The notes beneath the pieces were generated by a model, which saw nothing but the letters and a program-made list of their open reading frames with translations, was not told where the DNA came from and did no database searches. Made by a program: the position numbers and the translations under genes. Positions 1 through 9,693 of a stretch of 64,000 bases of DNA are shown here, one piece after another. Positions within the stretch are counted from its first letter, which is position 1; each line of letters starts with the position of its first letter. Source of the DNA: an uncultured Clostridia bacterium (GTDB lineage Bacteria; Bacillota; Clostridia; TANB77; CAG-508); the NCBI GenBank assembly GCA_947623285.1, contig CANQGP010000002.1, positions 64,773 through 128,772 on the forward strand. Reading direction: 5' to 3'.

Positions 1-50
1 TGGCATTCCCAAAATATTATAAAAGCTACCTTCTATTTTCTTTATAAAAT

Positions 51-117
51 ATGATAAAAAATGTGCAATCTTTAAAAAAATCAGGCAAGAAACACAGCAA
101 AAGAAAATAATATAGTT
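51..117 (+). repeat. Truncated, frameshifted copy of the abiEii 5' end (about 66 nt, roughly 90% identical to 1923-1990)
   Basis: Positions 51-117 (atgataaaaaatgtgcaatctttaaaa...aaagaaaataatata) align with the start of the AbiEii gene at 1923-1990. The copy has one extra A and substitutions and runs straight into a stop codon. Confidence 0.6.
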
Positions 118-210
118 GATTTTATTAGATATTTAAACTATAATGTGAATATAATTATTAAAAATATTATATTGTAAAGTTATTAACATTTAAAAACAAA
201 AGAAAGGAGA

Positions 211-1044
211 ATGAAATTGGTAAAAACAATGAGAAAACATCCAATATTAGTAGCAATTATTGGGTTAATAGTAGGGGTAGCTTCAATAGTATATATACCT
301 ATTGACAAAGGTAGTCCTTTACCAATGGCACTATTACGAATAGTGTTAGTTGCTATTATGATTGGAATTATGATTTTAATGGGAGCAAAAAAATCATTAT
401 TAAATGTGAAGGAAGGATTTTCAGATACATTACGCAAAAATAGATATCTTTTAATTCTAGCTTTAATTTTAGGAATGTTTATATTTATTCCTGGAATTCT
501 TAATTACGGATTTTCAACAGAACTATTGCAAAAAGAATTGTCTTACTTTATATTATGTATTACAGTAGGTTTATTTGAAGAGAGCCTATTTAGAGGTGTA
601 GTATTTCAAGGATTTTTAAGAAAAGCAGGAAATACACGTAAAGGTATTTGGATAGCTATAATAATATCTTCTATTATATTTGGAGCAGTTCATGTTTATA
701 CATATGTAGTAGGAGAAAGCCACGATTTAACAGGTATTATCGAATCAATAGGAAAAACTCTTCAAACAGGTGCAATAGGTGTACTTTTGGCAGCTGTATA
801 TTTGAAAACAAAAAATTTATGGGCTACTGCTTTAGTTCATACTTTAAATGACTTTTTCTTAATGCAGGCTATAATGTTTTCAAGCAATACTTTAGGAAAT
901 TACGTAACAGGTGGAACAGACGGTGTAAGAACCATCATTATATATGTTGTGCAAGTCTTATTATATGTTCCAGCATTAGTTAAAGCTACAAAAATTATAA
1001 AAGAAATAGAAGTGCCAGAATACGGAGTATTTGAAGAAAAATAA
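211..1044 (+). CDS. CPBP-family intramembrane metalloprotease (CAAX protease-like; bacteriocin-immunity-associated family)
   Basis: 277-aa polytopic membrane protein. It has the family motifs EESLFRG, FGAVH and LVHTLNDF. An AAAGGAGA ribosome-binding site sits 7 nt upstream of the ATG. Confidence 0.75.
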   Translation: MKLVKTMRKHPILVAIIGLIVGVASIVYIPIDKGSPLPMALLRIVLVAIMIGIMILMGAKKSLLNVKEGFSDTLRKNRYLLILALILGMFIFIPGILNYGFSTELLQKELSYFILCITVGLFEESLFRGVVFQGFLRKAGNTRKGIWIAIIISSIIFGAVHVYTYVVGESHDLTGIIESIGKTLQTGAIGVLLAAVYLKTKNLWATALVHTLNDFFLMQAIMFSSNTLGNYVTGGTDGVRTIIIYVVQVLLYVPALVKATKIIKEIEVPEYGVFEEK

Positions 1045-1108
1045 AAAAATTAAAATTAAACGGTATGATAGGAACACTGTTGAAGAATTAGAAAAAGAAA
1101 AAATTTAA

Positions 1109-1143
1109 AAATAGCTATGTAAAAGCATAGGCTATTTTTTTTG
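1109..1143 (+). terminator. Rho-independent terminator after the CPBP gene
   Basis: Imperfect hairpin atagctatg-taaaag-cataggctat followed by a T8 run. Confidence 0.5.
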
Positions 1144-1281
1144 AGAAAATTATAAAATTTTTTAAAAAGTATTGACATTATGTAAGAAGTAATATGTTAT
1201 AATACTGACAAAGTGTTAGAGAAAGGAGAAAATACATTAAATGAATGGCGCAATGAACAATATGATAAGTTATAATGTTTC

Positions 1282-1310
1282 TTTACATTTGTACTTAAAT
1301 GTGGTATAAT
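1282..1310 (+). promoter_or_regulatory. Sigma-A-type promoter for abiEi-abiEii (TTTACA, 17-nt spacer, extended -10 TGgTATAAT)
   Basis: Sequence-motif match 29 nt upstream of the abiEi ATG. The same tgtggtataat -10 also appears at 24440. Confidence 0.45.
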
Positions 1311-1338
1311 ATAAGTACAATTGTAAAGGAGTAATATT

Positions 1339-1926
1339 ATGGAAGAGAAAATAAAAAAACTTCTAAAACAAAATAACGGAATAATTACAACAAAGCAAAT
1401 TGAAGAAATTGGTATTCCTAGAGTACATATAAAGCAATTTGTGGAGAGTGGTATTATTGAAAAAGTACAAAATGGAATCTATATTTCAAGTGATATGCTA
1501 GAGGATGAATTTTATATATTCCAGATGAAAAATAGTAATGCTATTTTTTCATACAATACAGCTATGTACTTTCTAGGAGAAACTGAAAGAACTCCAGATA
1601 AAATAGATGTAACTGTTTATAGTGGATATAATAAGCAAAGATTTCCAGATAATATTAGAGTTCATTATATAAAAAAAGAACTACTTAATATGGGAGTTAT
1701 TATAGTAAAAACTCCACATGGATTTAATGTTAAGTCTTACAATGTTGAAAGAACGATATGTGATATTATAAAAGGCAGAAATACCGGCATAGACAAAGAA
1801 CAAGGTAACAAATTTATTAGGAATATCATTAAAAATAATAAAGCAAATATAAACAAAATATATGAATATGCAAAAAAACTAAAATGTACTAAACAATTAG
1901 AAATAGTAATGGAGTGGATTATATGA
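1339..1926 (+). CDS. abiEi: AbiEi-family type IV toxin-antitoxin antitoxin / abortive-infection transcriptional regulator
   Basis: 195 aa. The N-terminal wHTH-like region (IITTKQIEEIGIPRVHIKQFVESGII) is typical of AbiEi_4. Its stop codon overlaps the next gene's start as ATGA. An AAGGAG ribosome-binding site is present. Confidence 0.7.
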   Translation: MEEKIKKLLKQNNGIITTKQIEEIGIPRVHIKQFVESGIIEKVQNGIYISSDMLEDEFYIFQMKNSNAIFSYNTAMYFLGETERTPDKIDVTVYSGYNKQRFPDNIRVHYIKKELLNMGVIIVKTPHGFNVKSYNVERTICDIIKGRNTGIDKEQGNKFIRNIIKNNKANINKIYEYAKKLKCTKQLEIVMEWII

Positions 1927-2798
1927 TAAAAAATGTGCAATCTTTAAAAGATCAGGCAAGAAACATAGCAAAAGAAAATAATATATCAATTCAACAAGTA
2001 CTACAAAATTATATGTTTGAAAGAATATTGGAAAGATTGTCTAGATCTAAATATAAAGAAAATTTTATTATAAAAGGTGGATTGCTATTATCTTCTATTA
2101 TGGGAATTAATTTAAGAACTACTATGGATATTGATACAAATATAACAGGAATTAATTTAGAAAAAGAAGAGTTATTAAACATTCTTAATGAAATTTTAAA
2201 TATTAATATTGGAGATAATGTGTCCTTCATAATAGAGAAAATTGAAGATATAAAACAAGAAGAATATTATGGTGGATATAAATTCAAAATAACTGGAATA
2301 TATGAAAATATAAAAATAAAATTTCATATTGATGTTTCTACTGGTGATGTAATTACTCCTAAAGCAATTGAATATAAGTATAAAAAGTTATTTGATAGTT
2401 CATACATAAACATTTTATCTTACAATCAAGAAACTATTATTGCCGAAAAACTACAGTCAATATTAGAAAGAAAATTAACAAACAGTAGAATGAAGGATTA
2501 CTACGATTTGTACTTTTTTGTTAATAATAAATGGGATAGTATAGATAAAGAAATTTTATCAAAAGCTATTATTAGAACTTTTTCAGCTAGAAACAGCATA
2601 ACTGAACTAAAAAATATAAAAGAAACAATTAAAGCTTTAGAAAGCAACCCGTTTTTAAATAGACTGTGGATAGATTATTCTCAAAAACATGAATATTTAA
2701 AGAATGTAAATTTTAATGATACAATTAAGGCTATAGAAATTATAGAAGAAACACTGTTTTCTAATGATGAATTTAAATTATCAGTTATAAACAAATAA
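1923..2798 (+). CDS. abiEii: AbiEii/AbiGii-family nucleotidyltransferase toxin (DUF1814)
   Basis: About 292 aa. Size and sequence resemble nucleotidyltransferase AbiEii toxins (...IIKGGLLL..., DIDT...). It is translationally coupled to abiEi. The ORF track begins at a GTG at 1914, but the ATG at 1923 (ATGA overlap) is the likely start. Confidence 0.7.
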   Translation: MIKNVQSLKDQARNIAKENNISIQQVLQNYMFERILERLSRSKYKENFIIKGGLLLSSIMGINLRTTMDIDTNITGINLEKEELLNILNEILNINIGDNVSFIIEKIEDIKQEEYYGGYKFKITGIYENIKIKFHIDVSTGDVITPKAIEYKYKKLFDSSYINILSYNQETIIAEKLQSILERKLTNSRMKDYYDLYFFVNNKWDSIDKEILSKAIIRTFSARNSITELKNIKETIKALESNPFLNRLWIDYSQKHEYLKNVNFNDTIKAIEIIEETLFSNDEFKLSVINK

Positions 2799-2818
2799 AT
2801 AAAAGGAGGAATTTATTA

Positions 2819-2968
2819 TGAGTAAAGTATTAGTAACATATTTTTCAGCAAGTGGTGTAACAAGAGGTGTTGCACAAAATATTGCAGATAGTATAGGAGG
2901 AGATTTATTTGAAATTAGAGCAAAACAACCTTATACATCAGCAGATTTAAATCAGAAGAATTTATAAA
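2819..2968 (+). pseudogene. Flavodoxin-like protein, N-terminal fragment only (49 codons)
   Basis: Encodes MSKVLVTYFSASGVTRGVAQNIADSIGGDLFEIRAKQPYTSADLNQKNL then a stop. The YFSxSGxT flavodoxin signature is present, but the reading frame ends after about one third of a normal flavodoxin. The AAAAGGAGG ribosome-binding site is good. Confidence 0.45.
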
Positions 2969-3032
2969 AAATTGGATTGAAGGTTTAAATGAAAACTAGA
3001 AATAATGAATAAAAAATTGGAGGAAAACTAAA

Positions 3033-3458
3033 ATGAATAAAGAAGAATTTGATAAAGCAAATGTATTTGGAAAAGGAAATTCAAATGTGGATTATGCACA
3101 ATATTTTATAGGAGAATCATTTTTAAATCCACTAACAGAAGCAGGTGAATGTCCAGTATTTTTGGCAAATGTGACATTTGAACCTGGATGTAGAAATAAT
3201 TGGCATATTCATCATGCTACAACAGGTGGAGGACAATTATTAATTTGTATAGCAGGAGAAGGCTGGTATCAAGAAGAAGGTAAAGAAGCAGTAAGCCTTA
3301 AACCAGGAATGGTTATAACAATTCCTGCAAATGTAAAACATTGGCATGGAGCAAAAAAGGATTCATGGTTTAGCCATATAGCAGTGGAAGTACCAGGCGA
3401 GAATACTTCTAATGAATGGTGTGAACCTGTTACAGATGAACAATATGATAAGTTGTAA
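3033..3458 (+). CDS. Cupin-domain protein
   Basis: 141 aa with two His-containing cupin motifs (NNWHIHHATTGGGQ...; PANVKHWHGA). A ribosome-binding site is present. Confidence 0.6.
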   Translation: MNKEEFDKANVFGKGNSNVDYAQYFIGESFLNPLTEAGECPVFLANVTFEPGCRNNWHIHHATTGGGQLLICIAGEGWYQEEGKEAVSLKPGMVITIPANVKHWHGAKKDSWFSHIAVEVPGENTSNEWCEPVTDEQYDKL

Positions 3459-3468
3459 TTTGTGTAAA

Positions 3469-3496
3469 GGAGCAGATTAATGTCTGCTCCTTTATG
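3469..3496 (+). terminator. Hairpin terminator after the cupin gene
   Basis: aaggagcaga-ttaa-tgtctgctcctt, a 9-bp stem. Confidence 0.45.
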
Positions 3497-3573
3497 TGAA
3501 TCAAAAGAAATAATAAAATTAATTTCTTTAATAATTTTACTAAAAATAAAAAACTCTCAAATTAGCTTGAGAG

Positions 3574-3650
3574 TGGTGCACCAGGAGGAATTCGAATCCC
3601 CGACCTCTCGGTTCGTAGCCGAGTGCTCTATCCAGCTAAGCTACTGGTGC
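3574..3650 (-). tRNA. tRNA-Arg (anticodon ACG), CCA encoded
   Basis: The reverse complement folds as a cloverleaf: acceptor GCACCAG/CTGGTGC, anticodon loop CTACGAA, T-loop GGTTCGAAT. A promoter on the minus strand matches TTGAAC-16-TATAAT (plus 3663-3690). A terminator hairpin lies at 3553-3572. Confidence 0.85.
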
Positions 3651-3710
3651 GTACAAATGATATTATAATACAAATATTCCTAAAGTTCAAGGGGAAACGA
3701 TAAATTTTAG

Positions 3711-4937
3711 TTATGACAACATTTTTCTGTCTCTTTCTATTTCTTCTTTTTTTAGCTTCCCAAATATTCTACTTAGCTTTGAGTTTGCAAATTTGCTCAT
3801 GTATTTTTTTGCAAGTGTTTGTGATTCGTTTAATCTTTTTGTTAGTTCTTGTATTTTTAATTCATTTCCTTTACGTAAGCTTTCGCTGTTTTCTTTTAAT
3901 ATTGTTATTTCTTTTTCCATTTTTTCGTTTTCTTCTTGTAGCCTATTATTTTCTTCTTGTATTTCGTCTTGTTTTTTTATTTTTTCTTCTGTTTCTTTCT
4001 TTTCTTCTTCTGTTGGTTTTTCTGAAATTTCTGCTTTTATGTTGGTTTTTATTTTTAAGAATTCGTTTATGCTTATGTTTAACATGTTATCGGCAAATGG
4101 ATTTCGATTTACATATGTGTTTGTGGTTTTTGTTTGTTTTATGAATTTTTCAGAGTTTGTTTTATTTGTTGTAAAGATGCTACTACTATATCCTGCTGTG
4201 TTGAAGTTGATTAGTGCTATTGCTTCTTCTATTCCTTCTACTTCTATATATTTTTTGAATGTTGTTTTTATTCCTTTTTTTACATATATGTCTACTTTTT
4301 TGTTGTATTCTATTAAGTCTTTTATATCTTCTATGTTTGTTGTATCTTCTATATATACATCAAAGTTGCCGTATCCGCTATTTATTGTTTCGATTTCTGA
4401 TTCTTTTAGTATTTTGTTTTGAAGTTTTTTGTTCCCTATTGCTATAACTTTATTTATACTTATTTTATTTGTAAGTAGTTCTTCTATTTTTGATGTGATA
4501 AGTTGTTGTATAAGATTTTTGTCTGTTTTGTTTTCTTCTAATATTTTTTTTATGATTGCTAATATTATTGCATTTGTCGCTTCCATATATTTTGTTTTTG
4601 TTACTAATATTAGTGAGTTTTTAGTTATTATTGATTTTAATGCCAATTCTAATAAGCAATATGTGTTTCCGTCATATATTGCACAAATTGTTCCTATGTT
4701 TTTTGTTTCAGCGATTTCAATATCGCTTATTTTTTCTTCTATTTCTTCTATTTTTTTGAAATCTATTTCAAATCCATTTTTGTTTTTTAGGTCTATTTGG
4801 TTTGCTTGTTCTATTTCTGTTTGAGATTTTTTTGTTAGTTCTATTATTTCTAATAGAATTGCTTTTGTATCTGTTTCTGGATTAATGTTTTCTTGTGCCA
4901 TTGTTGCGTTTCCTAAGATTTCTCTTATGTGACTCAT
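3711..4937 (-). CDS. ProA-like (gamma-glutamyl-phosphate reductase / ALDH-fold) pseudo-enzyme domain fused to a C-terminal coiled coil; function unknown
   Basis: 408 aa. Residues about 40-300 align segment by segment with ProA (GTICAIYDGNTYCLLELALKSIITKNSLIL, VIAIGNKKL...SGYGNFDVYIED, EEAIALINFNTAGYSSSIF, YVNRNPFADN). The roughly 60-aa segment that carries the catalytic Cys is missing. The C-terminal 100 aa is a charged heptad-like coiled coil. Confidence 0.5.
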   Translation of the reverse strand: MSHIREILGNATMAQENINPETDTKAILLEIIELTKKSQTEIEQANQIDLKNKNGFEIDFKKIEEIEEKISDIEIAETKNIGTICAIYDGNTYCLLELALKSIITKNSLILVTKTKYMEATNAIILAIIKKILEENKTDKNLIQQLITSKIEELLTNKISINKVIAIGNKKLQNKILKESEIETINSGYGNFDVYIEDTTNIEDIKDLIEYNKKVDIYVKKGIKTTFKKYIEVEGIEEAIALINFNTAGYSSSIFTTNKTNSEKFIKQTKTTNTYVNRNPFADNMLNISINEFLKIKTNIKAEISEKPTEEEKKETEEKIKKQDEIQEENNRLQEENEKMEKEITILKENSESLRKGNELKIQELTKRLNESQTLAKKYMSKFANSKLSRIFGKLKKEEIERDRKMLS

Positions 4938-5041
4938 ATTTTCACCACTTTCTTTTGTGTTTTTAATTCTTTTTATGCTTTTCTTTATATGTTCTATTTT
5001 AGAATTTTTTGCTTATTATATTAATTTTTTTACATGCTTTT

Positions 5042-7453
5042 TTAATTTCTTTGTGCTTCTTGTATTAATTCTTTTTGGCTTTCGTTTAGTTGTTGCATTT
5101 CTATAGGTTTTTCTATCTTTTCTATTTGGTTTAGTGCTTTTCCTAAGTCTTCTATTATTTGTTTCCATTCTTTTGAGTTTTTGTCTGTTGTTGTTGTAAA
5201 TATGTCTACAATTTTTGTGTTTTCTTCTCCTTGTTCATATATTAATGATATTGTGTTTGTTGCTATTATTTTTGTGTTTTCTGGTGTTAATTGATATTCT
5301 TCTGCTATTTCTTTTATTATTCTCTGTGCTTCTGGAAGCATATAATCTTCTTTTGTTTCTTGTAATGAACTTAACCTTTCTGTTTGTTTTGAGGCTTTTT
5401 CCATTCTTTTCATGATTCTTAGTACCATTTCTCTCATGTTAGTTCCATCATACACAGGTATACCTTCTTTTCTTTCATGCATACTTATGTATTTATTTTG
5501 TTGTTCACGTTCTAATTTTTCTTTCTTTTCTTTATAAGACATATATTGTGTTTGTTCTGGCTCAGGCTCAGAGATTGCTTCTGGTTCTGGCTTTGATTCA
5601 GTTTCAGCTATTGGTTCTGGTTCAGAGGTTATTTTTAGTTCTGGCTCAGAAGTTGATTCTTGCTCTGGCTTTGGTTCTGATACTGGTTCAACTTCTGGCT
5701 CTGGGTCAACAATTGGCTCTGGGGTTGCTTCTGGTTCTGGTTCTGACTCAGGTTCTGGCTGTGGTTCGGTTCCTAATTTTGCTATTAGGTCTTCTATTTT
5801 GTTTTTGTCTTCTATTGAATATTCATTTTTTATTTTTTCTTCTTGTGTTTGTTCTGGTTGTTGCTCTTCTTCATATGTTTTTACTAGGTTTTCTATTGTT
5901 CTTTTTTCTTTTTCTGTTTGTTCCCATTTTTTTGAGTTTGATAAAAATGTTTCTATTTTATTTTCTGGAACATTCAACATTACTATTGTTTCTGGAATAT
6001 ATTTTCCTCCTGTTGTTTTATACCATGTTGTTAATTTATCTTCTGCGTTATTTTCTACCATTTCGTTTATTGTTTCTATGTTTGTTTCTGCTAATTTTAA
6101 TATGTCTTTTGTTTCTAATTTGTGTATTAGCTTTTTGTATTTTTCTGGAAATGCTCTTTCTATGTCTTTGTCTTCCAAGTATTTTTTCCATTCTGGTTTT
6201 TCTTTTAGTATTTCAAAGTTCATTTTATGTCCGTCATAGTAGCTTTCTTTTAATTCTTCTGGACTTTCTTTTGCTAATATCATTTTTGGATATTTGTTTT
6301 TGAAAAATTCTGGTGCGTCTTCCCCATATTTTATTTCTTTTGACATTATTTTTTCTTCTATTGTTTGTTCTATTTTTTCTTTTTTGTCTTGGAAATTTTG
6401 TGCGTTCTCAAATATGTTACAGTCTATTACTTCTAAGTATCTTCCATATTTTTCTGCTAGCTCTAATATTTTTTCTTTACTGAAGATGTCCCAATTTTCG
6501 TCTATTTCTCCTCTATTTTCATCTTGCTTTGAATTATCATTAAATAATTTTAACGGTATGCTTTTTTCTCTTATTTTTCTAAATCCGATGTCTAAGTCTT
6601 TTTGCAATAATATTTCTTTTAGCTTTGTATTTTGCTTTATGTCTTCAAATTCTAACTCTCCTTTATAGAATTTGTTTCGCGTTTCTTCTTTTATTTCTTG
6701 TGGTAAAAATAATTCTGTATGTTTTTCTTTGAATGTTTCTGGTAGGTTTTCGTCATATGCTATTTCGTTGTTTATTATTAAATTATATATTTCGTTATTG
6801 ATGTTGTATTCGGCTTCTTCTGGTGATATGTCTTTATATTTCAAGTTATTTATTTTTTCTATTACTTTGTCATTGTCAAAATATTTTCCATACTTATTGC
6901 ATAGTTCTACAAATTGCTCTGAACTTATTTCTTTTAATAGATATGCTTTTTTCATTCTTTCTTTAAATGTTTCGTCTATTCTTTTTGTTTTTAATGTTTC
7001 ATATAGTTTTGGATTTTGTTTTATGTCTTCAGCACTAATAAGCCCTTGGTAAAATTTTGTTTTTAACTCAGGCTCTATTTCTTCATTTATAAATATTTCT
7101 GGATGTTCTTCTCTGAATTTTCCTTGTATGAAATCGTAATCTTTTAAGTCGCCGACTATTTCTTTATTTCTAAATGCTCCTTCGTTTTTTAGTTCTACTA
7201 AGTAGTTGTATATGATTTTTTTGAATTCATTATATGTTGGTTCTGTGTTGTTTTTTTCTTGTTCATAAAGGTCTTTTGTTTTTATATATTTGTCGGCAAA
7301 TATGGACATAAGCATGTTTTCAGACATGTCTGGTTTGTGAAATTTTTTAGAAAATATTCCTTCTGTTTCTTTGTCTAATTGCATTATTTTGTCGAATCCA
7401 AATTTTTGTATAAATTCTGTTTCATTATTCTTTTGTATATTATTTTCTTCCAT
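5042..7453 (-). CDS. Large acidic repetitive protein: N-terminal imperfect repeat modules, a central (PE/SEPE)n tract, and a C-terminal globular domain; hypothetical
   Basis: 803 aa with no TM segment and no signal peptide. A module of about 45 aa (PExF...KFYxGxxxxEDIKQNxKL) recurs at least three times. The central tract reads [25 protein letters not shown].... The gene is co-oriented with the ProA-like gene and separated from it by 104 bp. Confidence 0.5.
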   Translation of the reverse strand: MEENNIQKNNETEFIQKFGFDKIMQLDKETEGIFSKKFHKPDMSENMLMSIFADKYIKTKDLYEQEKNNTEPTYNEFKKIIYNYLVELKNEGAFRNKEIVGDLKDYDFIQGKFREEHPEIFINEEIEPELKTKFYQGLISAEDIKQNPKLYETLKTKRIDETFKERMKKAYLLKEISSEQFVELCNKYGKYFDNDKVIEKINNLKYKDISPEEAEYNINNEIYNLIINNEIAYDENLPETFKEKHTELFLPQEIKEETRNKFYKGELEFEDIKQNTKLKEILLQKDLDIGFRKIREKSIPLKLFNDNSKQDENRGEIDENWDIFSKEKILELAEKYGRYLEVIDCNIFENAQNFQDKKEKIEQTIEEKIMSKEIKYGEDAPEFFKNKYPKMILAKESPEELKESYYDGHKMNFEILKEKPEWKKYLEDKDIERAFPEKYKKLIHKLETKDILKLAETNIETINEMVENNAEDKLTTWYKTTGGKYIPETIVMLNVPENKIETFLSNSKKWEQTEKEKRTIENLVKTYEEEQQPEQTQEEKIKNEYSIEDKNKIEDLIAKLGTEPQPEPESEPEPEATPEPIVDPEPEVEPVSEPKPEQESTSEPELKITSEPEPIAETESKPEPEAISEPEPEQTQYMSYKEKKEKLEREQQNKYISMHERKEGIPVYDGTNMREMVLRIMKRMEKASKQTERLSSLQETKEDYMLPEAQRIIKEIAEEYQLTPENTKIIATNTISLIYEQGEENTKIVDIFTTTTDKNSKEWKQIIEDLGKALNQIEKIEKPIEMQQLNESQKELIQEAQRN

Positions 7454-7645
7454 AAAAGGCTCCTTTGTATAACATCTAATCTTTCATTGTATTTATATCA
7501 TAAATCTTGACTTTTAACAATAGTTTTTCTAAATTAAGTGTTTATTTCTCTTTGATATTTGCTAATGGAAGATTATCAATAAAAAATCTTAATTGTGCTT
7601 TAACAAATAATTTTATTTTTACCGAAAAGGATGAAAAAAAGGAGG

Positions 7646-8152
7646 CTAAAAAGCCTCCATAGTTTTGTAAGGAATCCTAACGAACACTTGAGTTCTCATT
7701 GTATCGCTGAACAACTCTTTGTCGCCTATCTTAACCTTCCCTATTTCCTTAACAATTTCTACCTGCGTCACTCCGCTATTGGTTATCACGCAGTTGTTAA
7801 CCAACTGTGCATTTGGAATCGTTGATCTTGACCCTTTAAGGATTAAGTTTGACGTTTCCTCTTCCTCACTAGGGAGTTTTGCTTGCAGAATAATTGAATT
7901 TTCGCTTAACATAATCCGTGGGTTTTCCACTGTTTCAATATGAGTTTCTACCCTTGTCTCCGGAATTACTTCAGTCAAAACCGTTCCAATTAATCCACTT
8001 ATGCCAAAAACTATAATGTACGCTACTAGTGTAAATAGCGGAATTTCAATCCAACAATCCTTGTAACATTCCCATGAACATATGTTAATGAATGCCAACG
8101 TTAGAGAAATCATTATTAATATTGTGAAAACTATAGTTAATAAAAAGAACAT
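7646..8152 (-). CDS. Membrane-anchored hypothetical protein (two N-terminal TM helices)
   Basis: 168 aa. GC content is locally higher (about 38-40%) than in the flanks. An AAGGAG ribosome-binding site is present. A terminator hairpin ggaggct-aaaa-agcctcc overlaps the stop codon (7641-7658). Confidence 0.45.
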   Translation of the reverse strand: MFFLLTIVFTILIMISLTLAFINICSWECYKDCWIEIPLFTLVAYIIVFGISGLIGTVLTEVIPETRVETHIETVENPRIMLSENSIILQAKLPSEEEETSNLILKGSRSTIPNAQLVNNCVITNSGVTQVEIVKEIGKVKIGDKELFSDTMRTQVFVRIPYKTMEAF

Positions 8153-8376
8153 TGATGTGTCTCCTTGTTTAGTCTAATTTTTAGGATTCCTTTGGGTTAG
8201 AAAAAGTTTCTTGCCCCTTTAATGTAAAAAATCCTATCTACATTTATTATACCATATTTTACATAAAACTTCAATTTTTTGCTTGCTGTGCTATGAGTTT
8301 GCATGTGTCAAGTAAATGTAGGCAATTTTTTATCCCTTTTTCTACATTTTACACTTATGTCAGTATTTTGCATAGA

Positions 8377-8399
8377 GGTGGTGAGAGTATGTCACTTTT
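8377..8399 (+). promoter_or_regulatory. 23-bp motif GGTGGTGAGAGTATGTCACTTTT; a second copy lies at 12408-12430
   Basis: It is near-identical to GGTAGTGAGAGTTTGTCACTTTT upstream of the NRPS. It contains an imperfect inverted repeat AGTGAGA...TGTCACT. It overlaps the htrA stop codon. Confidence 0.4.
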
Positions 8400-9522
8400 A
8401 CTGTTTTTTTCCTAAAGTTATTTGTATTTCTAAATTTATTTTTCCTCTATTTATTTTTAGGTTCACTTGCTCGCCTGGTTTTTTTGTGAATATATATTCT
8501 CGTAAGTCGTTTACTGTTGTTAATTCTTTTTCGTCTATTGCTGTTATGACATCTCCTTGCTTTAGTTCTGTTCCGTCCGAAGGTCCATTTTTTGTTATTT
8601 GGTCTACATATATTCCTTTTTGTGCTATTGTTGTTAGTTTGTCTTCTAAGTATTGTAATGCTGTTCCGTCATATGCATATATTCCTAGTGTTGCTTCTTC
8701 AAAGTTGTCTGTTGTTTGATAACTTTGTATTACATTTTTTATTACGTTTATTGGTATTGCAAATCCTATTCCTTCTGCTGATGTGATTTTTACTGTGTTT
8801 ATTCCTATGATTTCTCCATTTGCATATATTAAAGGACCTCCACTATTACCTGGATTTATTGTTGCGTCTGTTTGAATTAGGTTTGACATGTAGGAGGTTT
8901 TGTTTGTTTCTTCTATTTTTATTGTTCTGTTTTTTGCACTTATTATTCCTGATGTTACGGTTCTTCTAAATTCGTATCCGATTGGGTTGCCTATTGCGTA
9001 TACGGTTTCTCCTATTTTTACATTGCTTGAATTTCCTAGTGTTATATAGGGTAAGTTTTCTGCTTTTATTTTTGTTAGTGATAAGTCTAGGTCTTGGTCA
9101 CTCCATGCTACTGTTCCTTCGTAGTTTTGACCATCTTCTAGTGTTATGTAGCATTTGCTATATTTTCCGCCTGTTACGTGTTCGTTGCTTAGTATATAGC
9201 CGTTTGATGTTACTATTACTCCGCTTCCTAACCCTAAGTCTTTTTCTGATGCGTTTGTTAATAATGTTGTTCCTGTATTTTTTAGTTTTGATATTCCTAC
9301 AACTTTTTGTGTTGTTTCTTCTATCATGTCTGCAATTGTTTGGCTTTTTTGTTCTTCGTTTTCCACTGTTTGTGAGTTTTCTGTGGAATATGTTGTGCGC
9401 AATGCATTGTATTCTTGTGGGGTTTGGACTTCTATGTTTTGATATATTCGTATTAGACAAATTAAAATTATTATTGCAAAGATTCCGATTAGTATAAGTG
9501 GTGTTTTGTTTTTTCTTTTCAT
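8398..9522 (-). CDS. htrA: HtrA/DegP-family trypsin-like serine protease with a PDZ domain and an N-terminal membrane anchor
   Basis: 374 aa. It contains the catalytic-triad context (SNEHV, GNSGGPL) and a PDZ region. Confidence 0.85.
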   Translation of the reverse strand: MKRKNKTPLILIGIFAIIILICLIRIYQNIEVQTPQEYNALRTTYSTENSQTVENEEQKSQTIADMIEETTQKVVGISKLKNTGTTLLTNASEKDLGLGSGVIVTSNGYILSNEHVTGGKYSKCYITLEDGQNYEGTVAWSDQDLDLSLTKIKAENLPYITLGNSSNVKIGETVYAIGNPIGYEFRRTVTSGIISAKNRTIKIEETNKTSYMSNLIQTDATINPGNSGGPLIYANGEIIGINTVKITSAEGIGFAIPINVIKNVIQSYQTTDNFEEATLGIYAYDGTALQYLEDKLTTIAQKGIYVDQITKNGPSDGTELKQGDVITAIDEKELTTVNDLREYIFTKKPGEQVNLKINRGKINLEIQITLGKKQ

Positions 9523-9647
9523 AAAATTTTCTAACCTTTCTTGTGGTGGAGGAATTTTGCCTTGCTAAAAGATTGGTTTTGCCAGATGTGTAGGTGGCTT
9601 TGCAACCGCACTAATTTTTTTGTATAGAAAATATTTTGACAATAAAA

Positions 9648-9693
9648 TCCTCCATGGGAAGTTTTATATATTTTTCCCATGGAGGCTTTTTTT
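9648..9693. terminator. Bidirectional rho-independent terminator (12-bp stem)
   Basis: cctccatgggaa-gttttatatattt-ttcccatggagg, flanked by A and T runs. It lies between htrA and the acyl-CoA ligase gene. Confidence 0.6.

Noticed and set aside
1241-1309. 22-codon ORF (MNGAMNNMISYNVSLHLYLNVV) with an AAAGGAG RBS between the CPBP gene and abiEi. Considered a bacteriocin-like or leader peptide
   Set aside because: It has no double-glycine leader or other recognisable peptide signature. It overlaps the abiE promoter -10. RBS spacing is long at 11 nt. It is too short to support.
3480-3668. 62-aa ORF overlapping tRNA-Arg
   Set aside because: It overlaps a well-formed tRNA on the opposite strand and the cupin terminator hairpin. 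It has no ribosome-binding site.
3713-4824. L/F-rich plus-strand ORFs antisense to the ProA-like gene (and similar ones antisense to 5042-7453, htrA, the acyl-CoA ligase, tex, gyrA, gyrB, dnaN and dnaA)
   Set aside because: These are artefacts of a T-rich non-coding strand, with poly-Leu/Phe/Ile composition, no ribosome-binding sites and complete overlap with clearly homologous genes.
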